Shown here: one piece after another, positions 32,617 through 42,677 of the stretch
Layout: every line of letters starts with the position of its first letter
How positions within the stretch are numbered: the stretch's first letter is position 1
Assembly (NCBI GenBank): GCA_963843145.1
Contig: CAWJJC010000027.1
Location: 96,001 to 160,000, forward strand
Origin: an uncultured delta proteobacterium
Lineage (GTDB): Bacteria; Desulfobacterota; RBG-13-43-22
Length of the DNA stretch: 64,000 nucleotides
Direction of reading: 5' to 3'
The notes under the pieces: model-generated
The model's database searches: none
Told to the model about the DNA's origin: nothing
Seen by the model: only the letters and a program-made list of their open reading frames with translations
Program-made: the position numbers and the translations under genes

Positions 32617-32850
32617 AATCGAGCACCACTTTTTAGGCGTTTTGTTTTTGCCGTCATCCCGGACTCGATCCGGGATCCAGGTGACTCAGGACCTTCACTG
32701 CCCTGGATTCCGACCATTCGACAAAGCTCATGGCCCTGAGTAAGTCGAAGGGCGTTCGCCGGAATGACGACCTAATAAATTGAATAAACATAAATTTCCA
32801 CGCCTCGGGGTACCCGCTCCGGGCTCCGGGTTACGAACGAAAGTGAGCCC
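32611..32850. repeat. REP family B composite repeat
   Basis: AATAGAATCGA then GTCATCCCGG..GGATCCAG / CTGGATTCC..CCGGAATGAC; copies at 19706, 61405, 62828. Confidence 0.8.
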
Positions 32851-32896
32851 CCTTTGAGTCGAACTCTTTTAACCTCCAACTTTAAAGATCAATCCG

Positions 32897-32951
32897 CCCG
32901 GATATACAGTCTTTTCTTTCCTAAAATACATCCTTTACCCCATTCATTTCT
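32897..32951 (+). promoter_or_regulatory. second copy of upstream direct-repeat element
   Basis: CCGGATATACAGTCTTT...TACATCCTTTACC; repeats start at 32905 and 32927. Confidence 0.55.
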
Positions 32952-33116
32952 ACCAGGTAATGATTTAAACTAATAATGACATTAAGTCTGCCCTTTTCAG
33001 AAGTGCGGACTTAACCTTACCCCCCCACTAAGTCATTTGGGGACGTCCCAAAATCTCGTGCTTGGGATTTCCCAATCACCATAAAGCCCACAGGTTTAGG
33101 AATGAAAGGAGAAGAA

Positions 33117-34349
33117 ATGGAAGCCAATCCGTTGATTAAACACCGGTTGTCCGCTAGCCGGCGAGTTCTCCTTTTGCTGGGGACGCTGCTGGCCGGTAAT
33201 TTTTATGTACTTCCTCTGCAGGCGGCCGGGGTGGTCGGCTGCGGCACGCCGGCGAGTTGCACCGAATCGGCCTTCGATACCGCCTTGACCGGCGGCGGCA
33301 GCGTTTCTTTTAATTGCGGCGGTTTGGCGACCATAGCCTTGACCTTTTACAAGCAGATTTCCGTTGACACCACCATTGATGGCGGCGGGAAGATTACCTT
33401 GAACGCCCCGAATACCTACTTCTTCCAGGTTTATGGCGCCAACTCCCTGACCTTGCAGAACATTATCCTGGCCAACGGTTCTTCCAGCATCGCCGGGGCC
33501 ATTGAAAACTTTGGAACGACCACGATTGAAAAGAGTCAATTAGTGAACAACCATTCAAGCAACCATGCCGGCGCCATTGTTAATTACGGCCACTTGGTAC
33601 TGACCGGCAGCACCTTAGCGAACAATCAAGCCGTCAACGGTGGGGGTGCCGTTTATAACGATAGCGGGACGGTGGAGGTGACCGACAGCCTGTTTACGGG
33701 CAACAAGGTCACCGGGCTAACCGGCAAAGGCGGGGCCATCGCGAACATTGGCGGCACCATCACTTTAAACCGGGTAGCCCTGACCGACAATTCGGCGGTC
33801 GACGCCGGGGGCGGGATTTACAGCCTCGATTCCCTCACCCTCACCAATGTGACCCTCAGCGGCAATCAATCCACCACGAATGGCGGCGGCGGGATTTACC
33901 AAGGAAACCACATCGGGTCGCTGAACTTTGTGACGGTGGTCGGCAATAGTGGTACTTTCGGGGCGGGGGTTTACAACGATGGGTCTCTGGGTTCGCTGTT
34001 CCTTCAAAACACGCTCCTTTCGAACAACGCCGGGGGGAACTGTGACGGTGTGATAAACTCGAGCGGGCATAACCTCTCCAGCGACAATAACTGTGGCTCC
34101 GCGTTTACCCAGTCGGGCGACAAGAACAATACCCCGGCCCTCTTGGGATCCCTGGCCGATAATGGCGGCCGGACGCTAACCTACATGCCCCTGCCCCCCA
34201 GCCCGGCCCGTGATGGCGGGCAATGTGTGGTCGGCGTGACCGTGGATCAACGCGGCGCTTTACGACCGGTCGGGGCGGCTTGTGATATAGGAGCGGCGGA
34301 ATACGGGGGCATATTACCGAGGTTGTATTTGCCCCTGATGAAACGCTAA
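33117..34349 (+). CDS. exported GGAI beta-helix protein with choice-of-anchor Q-like domain and LPL tail
   Basis: VVGCGTPASCT N-terminus, GGAI/GGGIY repeats, DQRG..R...CDIGAAE, ends LYLPLMKR. Confidence 0.88.
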   Translation: MEANPLIKHRLSASRRVLLLLGTLLAGNFYVLPLQAAGVVGCGTPASCTESAFDTALTGGGSVSFNCGGLATIALTFYKQISVDTTIDGGGKITLNAPNTYFFQVYGANSLTLQNIILANGSSSIAGAIENFGTTTIEKSQLVNNHSSNHAGAIVNYGHLVLTGSTLANNQAVNGGGAVYNDSGTVEVTDSLFTGNKVTGLTGKGGAIANIGGTITLNRVALTDNSAVDAGGGIYSLDSLTLTNVTLSGNQSTTNGGGGIYQGNHIGSLNFVTVVGNSGTFGAGVYNDGSLGSLFLQNTLLSNNAGGNCDGVINSSGHNLSSDNNCGSAFTQSGDKNNTPALLGSLADNGGRTLTYMPLPPSPARDGGQCVVGVTVDQRGALRPVGAACDIGAAEYGGILPRLYLPLMKR

Positions 34350-34391
34350 AGGGTTGTATTTGGTGCGTTTTCAAAAAGTTCAAAAAACCTG

Positions 34392-34486
34392 TCATTGCGA
34401 CCCCGGTCTAGTTCCGGGGGAAGCTTTTCTCTGCCATGGTATCTAGCTGATTCTTGGAGATCGCTTTGTCGCTTGACTCCTCGTAA
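34392..34486. repeat. REP family A, degenerate copy
   Basis: GTCATTGCGACCCCGG...TAGCTGATTCTTGG...CTCCTCGTAAT. Confidence 0.65.
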
Positions 34487-34534
34487 TTCAGCCAATATTA
34501 TTTTTAGACCATCAATAAGACTGGAGGGAAAAAG

Positions 34535-36178
34535 ATGGAAACCAGGGCCTTCAGATTCCAAGTGCTAATCATAGTTGGATTGATCGTGGCCACGCTTTGG
34601 TCCACCCCTTCCCTCCAGGCCGCCTCCAACGTCAAATTGAGCGGCGTCATGCCCTCCTTCGGGGACGTTAATTCATTCCAGATCAGTCCGGACGGCCGGT
34701 ATGCCGTCTATCTGGCAGATCAGGACACGGTTGGAGTAAATGAGCTTTACAGCGTCTTGTTAGGAGGGGGCTCCCCCATTCGATTGAATCCCCTTCTTCC
34801 CTCCGGTAGAACCGTTATTTCGTTTTCGATCAGCCCGGACAGCAGCCGGGTGGTATATGTGGCCAACCAAGATACGGCTATGGTCCCAGAACTTTACAGC
34901 GTCCCCATCGGGGGTCCGGCAGCGGCAGTGACCAAGCTTAACGGGGCCGTGGTGGCCGGCGGGAATGTGAGTGCCTACTTTCTGATCAGCCCGGACAGCA
35001 GTCGGGTGGTTTATCGGGCCAACCAACAGACGGCATCTGTCGCTGAATTATACAGCGCCCCCATCGGGGGTCCGGCGGGGTCCGAGGTCAAGCTCAACGG
35101 GGCCCTGGTGGCCGGCGGGAATGTGACTTTCTTTCAGGTCAGCCCGGACAGCAGCCGGGTGGTTTATCTGGCCGACCAACAGATGGATAATGTGGTTGAA
35201 TTGCACAGCGTCCCCATCGGGGGTCCGGCGGGGTCTGGAGTCAAGCTCAACGGGGCCCTGGTGGCCGGCGGGAATGTACTTACCTTTCAGCTCAGTCCGG
35301 ATAGCAGACGGGTGGTTTATGTGGCCAACCAAGATACGGCTACCGTCATTGAATTATACAGCGTCCCCATCGGGGGGCCGGCGGGGTCCGGGGTCAAGCT
35401 CAACGGGGCCCTGGTGGCCGGCGGGAATGTGAATGGCTTCTTTCAGATCAGCCCGGACAGCAGCCAGGTGGTTTATCGGGCCGACCAACAGACGGATAAT
35501 GTCACTGAATTGTACAGCGTCCCCATTGGAGGTCCGGCGGCGGCCGGGATCAAGCTCAACGGGGCCTTGGTGGCCCTCGGGAGTGTTTATAACTTTCAGA
35601 TCAGCCCGGATAGCAGCCGGGTGGTTTATCGGGCCAACCAACATACGGCTACTGTCTTTGAACTTTACAGCGTCCCGATCGGAGGTCCAGCGGCGGCCGG
35701 GATCAAGCTCAACGGGGCCTTGGTGGCCCTCGGGAGTGTTTATAACTTTCAGATCAGCCCGGATAGCAGCCGGGTGGTTTATCGGGCCAACCAAGATACG
35801 GCTACTGTCTTTGAACTTTACAGCGTCCCCATCGGGGGTCCGGCGGGGTCCGGGGTCAAGATCAACGGGGCCCTGGTGGCCCTCGGGAATGTTAATACCT
35901 TTCAGTTCAGTCCGGACAGCAGCCGGGTGGTTTATCAGGCCGACCAAGATACGGCTACTGTCTTTGAACTTTACAGCGTCCCGATCGGAGGTCCAGCGGC
36001 GGCCGGAATCAAGCTCAACGGGGCCCTGGTGGCCAGCGGAAATGTGGGTCTTTTTCAGATCAGTCCGGACAACGGTCGGGTACTTTATGTGGCCGACCAG
36101 GACACAAACGATGTCTTTGAACTCTATATGACGTCCAATTATTTACTCCACTTGCCTCTTATTCTGAGGCAGGGCTAA
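34535..36178 (+). CDS. exported beta-propeller protein (ten about 51-aa FQISPDSSRVVY...ELYSV repeats) with LPL tail
   Basis: Signal peptide; 10 TolB/PD40-like repeats, near-identical at DNA level; ends LLHLPLILRQG. Confidence 0.88.
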   Translation: METRAFRFQVLIIVGLIVATLWSTPSLQAASNVKLSGVMPSFGDVNSFQISPDGRYAVYLADQDTVGVNELYSVLLGGGSPIRLNPLLPSGRTVISFSISPDSSRVVYVANQDTAMVPELYSVPIGGPAAAVTKLNGAVVAGGNVSAYFLISPDSSRVVYRANQQTASVAELYSAPIGGPAGSEVKLNGALVAGGNVTFFQVSPDSSRVVYLADQQMDNVVELHSVPIGGPAGSGVKLNGALVAGGNVLTFQLSPDSRRVVYVANQDTATVIELYSVPIGGPAGSGVKLNGALVAGGNVNGFFQISPDSSQVVYRADQQTDNVTELYSVPIGGPAAAGIKLNGALVALGSVYNFQISPDSSRVVYRANQHTATVFELYSVPIGGPAAAGIKLNGALVALGSVYNFQISPDSSRVVYRANQDTATVFELYSVPIGGPAGSGVKINGALVALGNVNTFQFSPDSSRVVYQADQDTATVFELYSVPIGGPAAAGIKLNGALVASGNVGLFQISPDNGRVLYVADQDTNDVFELYMTSNYLLHLPLILRQG

Positions 36179-36265
36179 CAGGAGATAACCTGTTTGAAAA
36201 TATTAGTTTAATACTGGTCAATTCGGTTAAATCGGCAATCACCCAAATACCAGGAGGAGAAAGTA

Positions 36266-38043
36266 ATGGAAAAACAAGGAGCAAAAGGAAAAAAAGTTCT
36301 TCGATGGATTGCAGGGGGTCTTATTTTGATGTTGGGCAACTTCTTCCTGGATGGCAGACCTTCAGGCCGCCGGCACGGTCGGTACCGGGACTTCGGCCAG
36401 TTGCACCCAATTAGCGCTCACAACGGCCCTGACCGGGGGCGGCACGGTTACCTTCAACTGTGGAGGCGCCGGAGACAATTCTGGTTATCCCCAGCCGGAT
36501 GAACATTACAGCGGACACGGTTATTAAAGGCGGAGGGGTGATCACCCTCAGCGGCGGGTTAAACAACGGCCTGTTTTACGTGATGGCCCCGGCCTCCTTG
36601 ACGCTGAACGATATTACTCTCGATAGCGCTTATGCCGCCACGGATGGGGACGGCGGTGCCATTCGGGCCAGCGGCCCATTGACGCTGGATAATGTTACCA
36701 TTCAAAATAGCCAGACCACCGACGTTTATTGCGGAGGAGCGATCTGGTCCAATGGGGAGGTCAACATTTCCAACAGCCTCTTTAAGAACAATACAGGCGG
36801 AAATGGCGGGGCGATCTGCACCGGGCAATTTGACACAACCCGGTTGCAGGTCACCAACAGCGGTTTCAGCAATAACCAGGCCGTCTCAACCGTCAATGGC
36901 TTTGGCGGCGCGATCTTTGTAGCCGGTTCGGTGGCGGAGGTGACGATCGCTGACAGCGGTTTTACCGGCAACACTGCCCGCTTCGGCGGTGCGCTGGCCG
37001 TTTATACGGGTGGAACCGCGACTATCCGCGGGGCAAGCCCCCTGAATCCCGTCTCTTTCATCAGCAATTCGGCTACGCAGGAGGGCGGCGCGATCTGGAG
37101 TCAGGGTACGCTGAAGGTTTATAATGGTAACTTTTTAACGAACAAAGTTCCTTTAAACGTCGCGGGCTATGGCGGCGGTATCGCCAGTTACGGCGGCGTG
37201 ACACTTTGGGACAGTTCCTTCGTCTTCAACGAGGGTCGTTACGGCGCCGGGCTCTTTGTCGGCAATAAAGCGAGCGGCTCAGCGGCGGACGTGCGACGAA
37301 CGCTTTTCAATCTGGGTAATGCTTTGGAAGGCGGCGGTATCTATACTAACGACACCAACGCGTTCGTCACCGTCTCGGATAGCGTATTTAGTAGTAATAC
37401 CGCCGCCGAGGGCGGCGGACTGGCGCGCTTTAACTCGAGGGTGGACATATCGAATTCGTCGTTTACGGACAATGCATCTACAAATGATGGTGGTGGTCTA
37501 TGGATCACACACGGTCCCGCCAACACCCAAGACCCTAGCTTTGTGAGCCTGACTAGCGTGACCATCGGCCGGAACACGGCGAACCCCGGTCTTAAACACG
37601 GCGGTGGTTACTATAATCAGGGCATTAGCGTGTTGACAAACGTCACGATCAAAGACAACACGAATGGCATTTATAATACCGGGTTGTCTCAACTGAATAT
37701 TTACAACACCGTATTGGACAATCCGAATTCGCTCAATTGCGATGGCGGCACGCCTCTCACCTTGGGCGGTCACAATCTGTCTACGGACATGAGTTGCGGG
37801 GTTGAACAGAACAATGTAACTGTCCAGCTCTTCGGTCCACCGGCCCTCAATACCAATGGCATTAATCAAACCCTCTATTACCCGCCGCTGGCGGGCAGCC
37901 CGTTGATCAATGGGGCCGCCAATTCCCAAAATTGTCCAATGTTGGACCAGCGCGGGGCCGTCCGTCCTGATGCCTGCGACATCGGAGCGGTTGAATATGG
38001 CGGACTGGCCTGGAGCACCTTCCTCCCGCTTATCAAAAGATGA
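36266..38043 (+). CDS. exported GGAI beta-helix protein with LPL tail (frameshifts near 5-prime end)
   Basis: Signal in ORF 36266, TVGTGTSASC, GGAI repeats, LDQRGAVRPDACDIGAVE, ends STFLPLIKR. Confidence 0.85.
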
Positions 38044-38132
38044 GGAAAAATCCAAAAAGGTTTAGATTATATGGTAACCATTTTGGTGAGAGTGGAAATG
38101 ACATAAAACCGACATCCAGGAGGGAAAGAACT

Positions 38133-39988
38133 ATGAAATTGCAATCATCATTAAATAAAAAGGTCTTTCGATGGGCAGTAGGGGGTCTGTTTTTAATGTT
38201 GGGCATCATCTTGGGCATCACGTCGCTTCAGGCCGCCGGTACGGTCGGTACCGGGACTTCGGCCAGTTGCAACCAAGCGGCGCTCACAACGGCCCTGACC
38301 GGGGGCGGGACGGTTACCTTCAACTGTGGAGGGACATTGGCCACCATTCCGTCATCAGCCAGATCCCCATCACCCAGGACACGGTCATTGAAGGAGGCAA
38401 CCTGGTCAAGATCGACGGTGGGCTGGTCACCCGTTTCTTTGATATCCCCGGTTCCCAGACGTCTCTGACCTTAAAAGACATTATCCTCGCCAGTGGCTAC
38501 AGCAGGGAAGCGGGGGCGGCAACGGCGGAGCCATCCGGAGCGCGGGGACGCTGACACTCAATAACGTCACCATTCAATTCTGCCAAACCAAGGGGTACGG
38601 GGGAGCGGTCTATTCCAGTGGCCCCATGATCGTCTCCAACAGCACCTTTAACGATAACACCTCGACCTCGTCCGGCGGGGCGATCTATTCCGAAGGGACT
38701 TTGACTGTCTCCCAAAGCACCTTTGACAAGAACACAGGAGTCATCGCCGGCGGGGCGATCTGCACCGGAGTGCCGCCTTCCAACCGATTGCAGGTCACCA
38801 ACAGCACCTTCACCAACAACAAGACCACCGATGCCACCTACGGCTATGGCGGTGCGATCTTTGTGAGCGGACCGATAGCGGAGGCGACCATCATTGACAG
38901 TTTTTTCCGACAGCAATTCTGCAAAGTTAGGTGGCGGGCTGACCGTTTGGACCGGTGGCACGGCCACGCTCCGCACCCAGAATCCCTCCATCCGAAATGC
39001 ATTTCTAGTCAACTCCGCCACCCAAGACGGCGGGGCGATTTATAATGTGGGGACACTGGACATTTACGGGGCGGATCTGAACAATAACACGGCGCCTCAA
39101 AACACCGGCGGGATAGGCCACGGCGGTGCGATCGCCAATACCGGCAATCTGAAGCTTTACGATAGTCAATTGACCTTCAACAAGGGGCGTTTTGGCGGTG
39201 CGCTTTTTGTCGGCATTATCCCAAGCGCCCAGGCGGATGTGCAGACGAACAATTTTCAGTGGCAACGATGCGAGTGAATTCGGCGGCGGTCTCTGTACTG
39301 GCGATGCCCTATTTAATACCGGTGCAACCGTTACCGTGACCGACAGTGTGTTTCGTAACAATACGGCGGTGGTCAACGGCGGGGGAGCGTATCGCTTCAA
39401 CGCGCTTCTGGAAATTTCTAATTCGTCATTCACGGACAACCAGGCTGGCAGGAGTCGGAGGCGGCTTATATAGCGGAGCCAGCGTTCCGGACCCCGCCCG
39501 GTAAACGCCACGAGCGTGACCTTTGGCGGGAACACGGCGGGCAGCGGTCATGGCGGCGGCATTTATACCTCGGGCTACAGCACCTTGAAAAACCTCACCA
39601 TCAAAGACAACACCAACGGTCTGTTCAATGCCGGCAACTTCGTGACGACCCATTTGGGAAACAGCATTCTGGAAAATCCGGGATTCCTCAATTGTGACGG
39701 CGGCGGCGTACCGATCAGCCTGGATGGGCACAATCTTTCCTCCGACAGCAGTTGCGCGGTGGAAACAAATGGGACGCCCGCTCAGCTCGGTCCCCGAGTG
39801 ATTAATGCCAATGGCATCAATGTAACCCGTTATTACCCGCCGCTGGCCGGCAGCCCCCTGATCAACCGGCGGCCGGTTGTCCCACCCTGGATCAACGCGG
39901 CGCCTCGCGGCCTGACGCCTGCGACATTGGCGCGGTTGAATACGGCGGGCTGGCTTGGAGCACATTCCTCCCTCTTATCAGAAAATGA
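38133..39988 (+). CDS. paralogous GGAI beta-helix protein with LPL tail (multiple frameshifts)
   Basis: 5-prime block near-identical to 36361-36465; GGAI repeats across ORFs 38040-39516; last frame TGG AGC ACA TTC CTC CCT CTT ATC AGA AAA TGA = WSTFLPLIRK. Confidence 0.8.
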
Positions 39989-40029
39989 TGAGCGGCCGAA
40001 AGCGTCCAAGCGGATACCATTCCATTATT

Positions 40030-40182
40030 GATGGATTCGCAAAAAGTCCCCAGCGCTGTCATTGCGAGGAGTGAAGCGACGAAGCAATCCCCAAGAATCA
40101 GCTAGTTACCATGGTGGGGATTGCTTCCCCCGGATCAAGTCCGGGGTCGCAATGACAGGTTTTTGGATTTTTTGCGAGGTTG
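40030..40182. repeat. REP family A inside GATGGATTCGCAAAAAGTCC...GGATTTTTTGCGAGG inverted flanks
   Basis: Full palindrome at 40058-40156 plus outer inverted ends. Confidence 0.8.
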
Positions 40183-40333
40183 TCCATTATTAACGGTCTC
40201 ACAACTAAAACAACCTTCATGCCAGTACACAGATTAATCTTGGACCCCGGCCATTCGACAAAGCTCATGCCCCTTCGGCAGGGCTTCGGCGAGATCAGTC
40301 GAGTCGCTCAAGGCCATGAGCTTTGTCAAAAGT

Positions 40334-40461
40334 ATTTATGAATTGTATGGTGTTCCCCTGGGGGGACCGGCAGCGTCTGGATTCAAGTTGAACGGTATCC
40401 TGACCCCCGTATGACCTCCGAATATTTGCTCCACCTGCCTCTGATTCTGAGGCAGCAATAA
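40334..40461 (+). pseudogene. remnant of ELYSV beta-propeller gene retaining LPL tail
   Basis: IYELYGVPLGGPAASGFKLNG then MTSEYLLHLPLILRQQ-stop, paralogous to the end of 34535..36178. Confidence 0.75.
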
Positions 40462-40642
40462 AAGGAAGCGAAATAACCATGGGCCGTTTGATTTATTGAT
40501 CGTTTGCGGGATTATGCTGGCTACGCTGGCGCCGATAAACGTGGTGGCCAATACCTACGTCGTGAACAGCCCCGCCGATCCGGCTGTGACCCGGACATTC
40601 AACGTTTCAAGCAATTTGTTCCTGCCACTGATCCTTAAGTAG
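40458..40642 (+). pseudogene. mini-gene: signal peptide, ANTYVVNSPAD and LPL tail
   Basis: Frame KRKRNNHGPFDLLIVCGIMLATLAPINVVANTYVVNSPADPAVTRTFNVSSNLFLPLILK-stop; start codon not intact. Confidence 0.65.
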
Positions 40643-40662
40643 AAAGAAAGGATATTTCCATT

Positions 40663-40974
40663 ATGGAATTCGCCCTGCTGCTTCTGGTCTATGGATTGTG
40701 CATCGCGCTCACCAGTGTCCTCTGGGCGTACCCGGCGGCCTTGACGGGTTGCTACGTTCTCGTCAGCATCCTCACGCTGATCAAATGGCACACCAGGGCC
40801 GACGTGGTCTCCTTCGCCGCTGCTGCCATTCTTGGACCCTTGGGCGAGGCGGTTGCCGTTCACTCTGGGGCCTGGACCTATACGAAATCCAGCTTCTTGA
40901 TTCCCCTGTGGCTACCTCTGCTGTGGGGAGTTGCCGGCTTGTTTCTGAGAAGAATTGCCTGGATTATGAGTTGA
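40663..40974 (+). CDS. small integral membrane protein (DUF2878-like)
   Basis: About four TM segments; LGPLGEAVAVHSGAWTY...PLWLPLLWG. Confidence 0.7.
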   Translation: MEFALLLLVYGLCIALTSVLWAYPAALTGCYVLVSILTLIKWHTRADVVSFAAAAILGPLGEAVAVHSGAWTYTKSSFLIPLWLPLLWGVAGLFLRRIAWIMS

Positions 40975-41046
40975 AAACCACTTTCGTAGCTCCCAACCAG
41001 ACAGCTCTGGAGCAGATCTTAGCTTCGAAGAGCGGCAGGAGGAAAA

Positions 41047-41496
41047 ATGCGTAAACCATTTATGAGGGAAATTTTATTGCTGATGCTGTTGGGCGGGTTG
41101 GTCCTGTTTGGGCAGCGGGTTTCCGCCACGATCACTTCGCTGCCCATGTCCAATCCCTTTTGTTTTCAGCCCGATCCTTCAGTCAACCAGTGTTTGATCA
41201 ATGTCCGTTCCTGGCAGGCGAACGATAACGGGGTGGGGAACATCTTGGCCTATGTCAATTTTTCGATCGACAATAAACTGCGTTACCGGTCAAACGCGTT
41301 TTTTGAGAATAATATCGCCTACAGCTTTGACATGATCCCCGGGGGAATCAAGGTGACCTGTGGGTTACCCAACGAAGGTGGGTTCGGATCGTTGTACGGC
41401 AAGGCCTATACCGTCGATGTCAAGGCCTATGATATCACCAACACTTGGGTCCTCGACGATCAATTGCAAGTAAAATGCCCCGCTTACAATCCTTAA
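41047..41496 (+). CDS. exported Cys-containing hypothetical protein, no LPL tail
   Basis: Signal peptide, MSNPFCFQ...MIPGGIKVTCG...CPAYNP; RBS AGGAGG. Confidence 0.8.
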   Translation: MRKPFMREILLLMLLGGLVLFGQRVSATITSLPMSNPFCFQPDPSVNQCLINVRSWQANDNGVGNILAYVNFSIDNKLRYRSNAFFENNIAYSFDMIPGGIKVTCGLPNEGGFGSLYGKAYTVDVKAYDITNTWVLDDQLQVKCPAYNP

Positions 41497-41975
41497 GCAT
41501 AAGCGCAGATCGCCAGCGGCTTCGGCGAACCTTTTTTCTATGGCTTGGCCTGATCACGGTCTTGCCGTTTCCCGGCGAGCTCGCCCAGGCCGCTTCGGTC
41601 ACCGTCCAGATGAGTAACCCGTCCTGTGTTCAGGTCCTCCCGGCGGACGGGACGTGTTCGATTCAGGTGGGCAACGTGATTGCCTCCGGCAGCGACCAAA
41701 CCTTTTCGCGGCTCGAAGTCCTGATGAACGGCAAGTTGCGAATTTACATGGGCGGCTTCTTTGAAGCGTCAGCCGATCTCACCCACTCTATGGTGCCGGG
41801 CGGCCTGTCCGTTGCCTGCGGCAGGCCAAACGATGGTGGGTTGGCCAACTACGGCAGGTCGTATTTATTAACGGCGAACGCCTATATGGGGGATGGTACT
41901 TCGGCTTCCTCTTCCACGACTGTTTTCTGCCCGGCTTACGATGGGAAGACCTTTCTTCCGTTAATTGAAAAATAG
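41475..41975 (+). CDS. paralog of the upstream protein, with LPL tail
   Basis: MSNPSCVQ...MVPGGLSVACG...CPAYDGKTFLPLIEK; start uncertain. Confidence 0.78.
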   Translation: MPRLQSLSISADRQRLRRTFFLWLGLITVLPFPGELAQAASVTVQMSNPSCVQVLPADGTCSIQVGNVIASGSDQTFSRLEVLMNGKLRIYMGGFFEASADLTHSMVPGGLSVACGRPNDGGLANYGRSYLLTANAYMGDGTSASSSTTVFCPAYDGKTFLPLIEK

Positions 41976-42003
41976 AATAAAATTGGAAAGGGAGGGTTTT
42001 TTG

Positions 42004-42501
42004 ATGAATCCTGGAAGGAGTCTAATCGCCATTATCTTCGCCATCGTTATCGCCGGCGTGCCTGCAAACCTGACCTTTGCCGCCGACAACCAGGTCAAAG
42101 GCACACTGACTTACCGGACGTACTCGGTAACGCTCAAATACGCCTGGCTAGTGAAGGGTCCTAATGAGAGGGACCCGGGGAAGACGATTCGCCGCCTGAT
42201 CCTGTCCGCCGACGACATCGGCGCCAAATTGCAGGCCTGTGAGACCCTATCCTGCGCGAGCGGCCAGGTGACCGAGGGAATGACGGTGGACTTCGATGCT
42301 CCGCCACGTCTCGGCTACTGGTTGGCGCTGAACGGCCAAAAGGTCCAATATTCCTTCGGCGCTATGCCCGAGGCGTTCAAGGCGCGCGTAGACAAGGCCG
42401 AACATCTCGCCGGTAAACTGGCGTTCGACGACGTCGCGGCCGGCGGTCCGAAGGTAGACGTCGATTTCGACCTCACGCTATTCAAGGAATTCAAATTGTG
42501 A
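42004..42501 (+). CDS. exported hypothetical protein
   Basis: Signal peptide; RBS GGAGG. Confidence 0.7.
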   Translation: MNPGRSLIAIIFAIVIAGVPANLTFAADNQVKGTLTYRTYSVTLKYAWLVKGPNERDPGKTIRRLILSADDIGAKLQACETLSCASGQVTEGMTVDFDAPPRLGYWLALNGQKVQYSFGAMPEAFKARVDKAEHLAGKLAFDDVAAGGPKVDVDFDLTLFKEFKL

Positions 42502-42527
42502 TATAGTCGTAGAAAGTCTCCAGACTT

Positions 42528-42625
42528 GTCATTGCGAAGAGTGAAGCGCTGAAGCAATCCCCAATAATTAGCTATTTACCAAGGTGGGGAGTACTTCCAC
42601 CGGATCAAGTCTGGGGTAGCAATGA
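42528..42625. repeat. REP family A copy
   Basis: GTCATTGCGAAGAGTGAAGC...GCAATCCCC...GGTAGCAATGA. Confidence 0.75.
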
Positions 42626-42677
42626 AAGTTCTTGGACCTTTTCCGAAACCATTAATCTTCAGAAAGGAGAAATCACC

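Noticed and set aside
34660-36130. Tandem DNA repeats as a second CRISPR-like array
   Set aside because: They are in-frame coding repeats without unique spacers.
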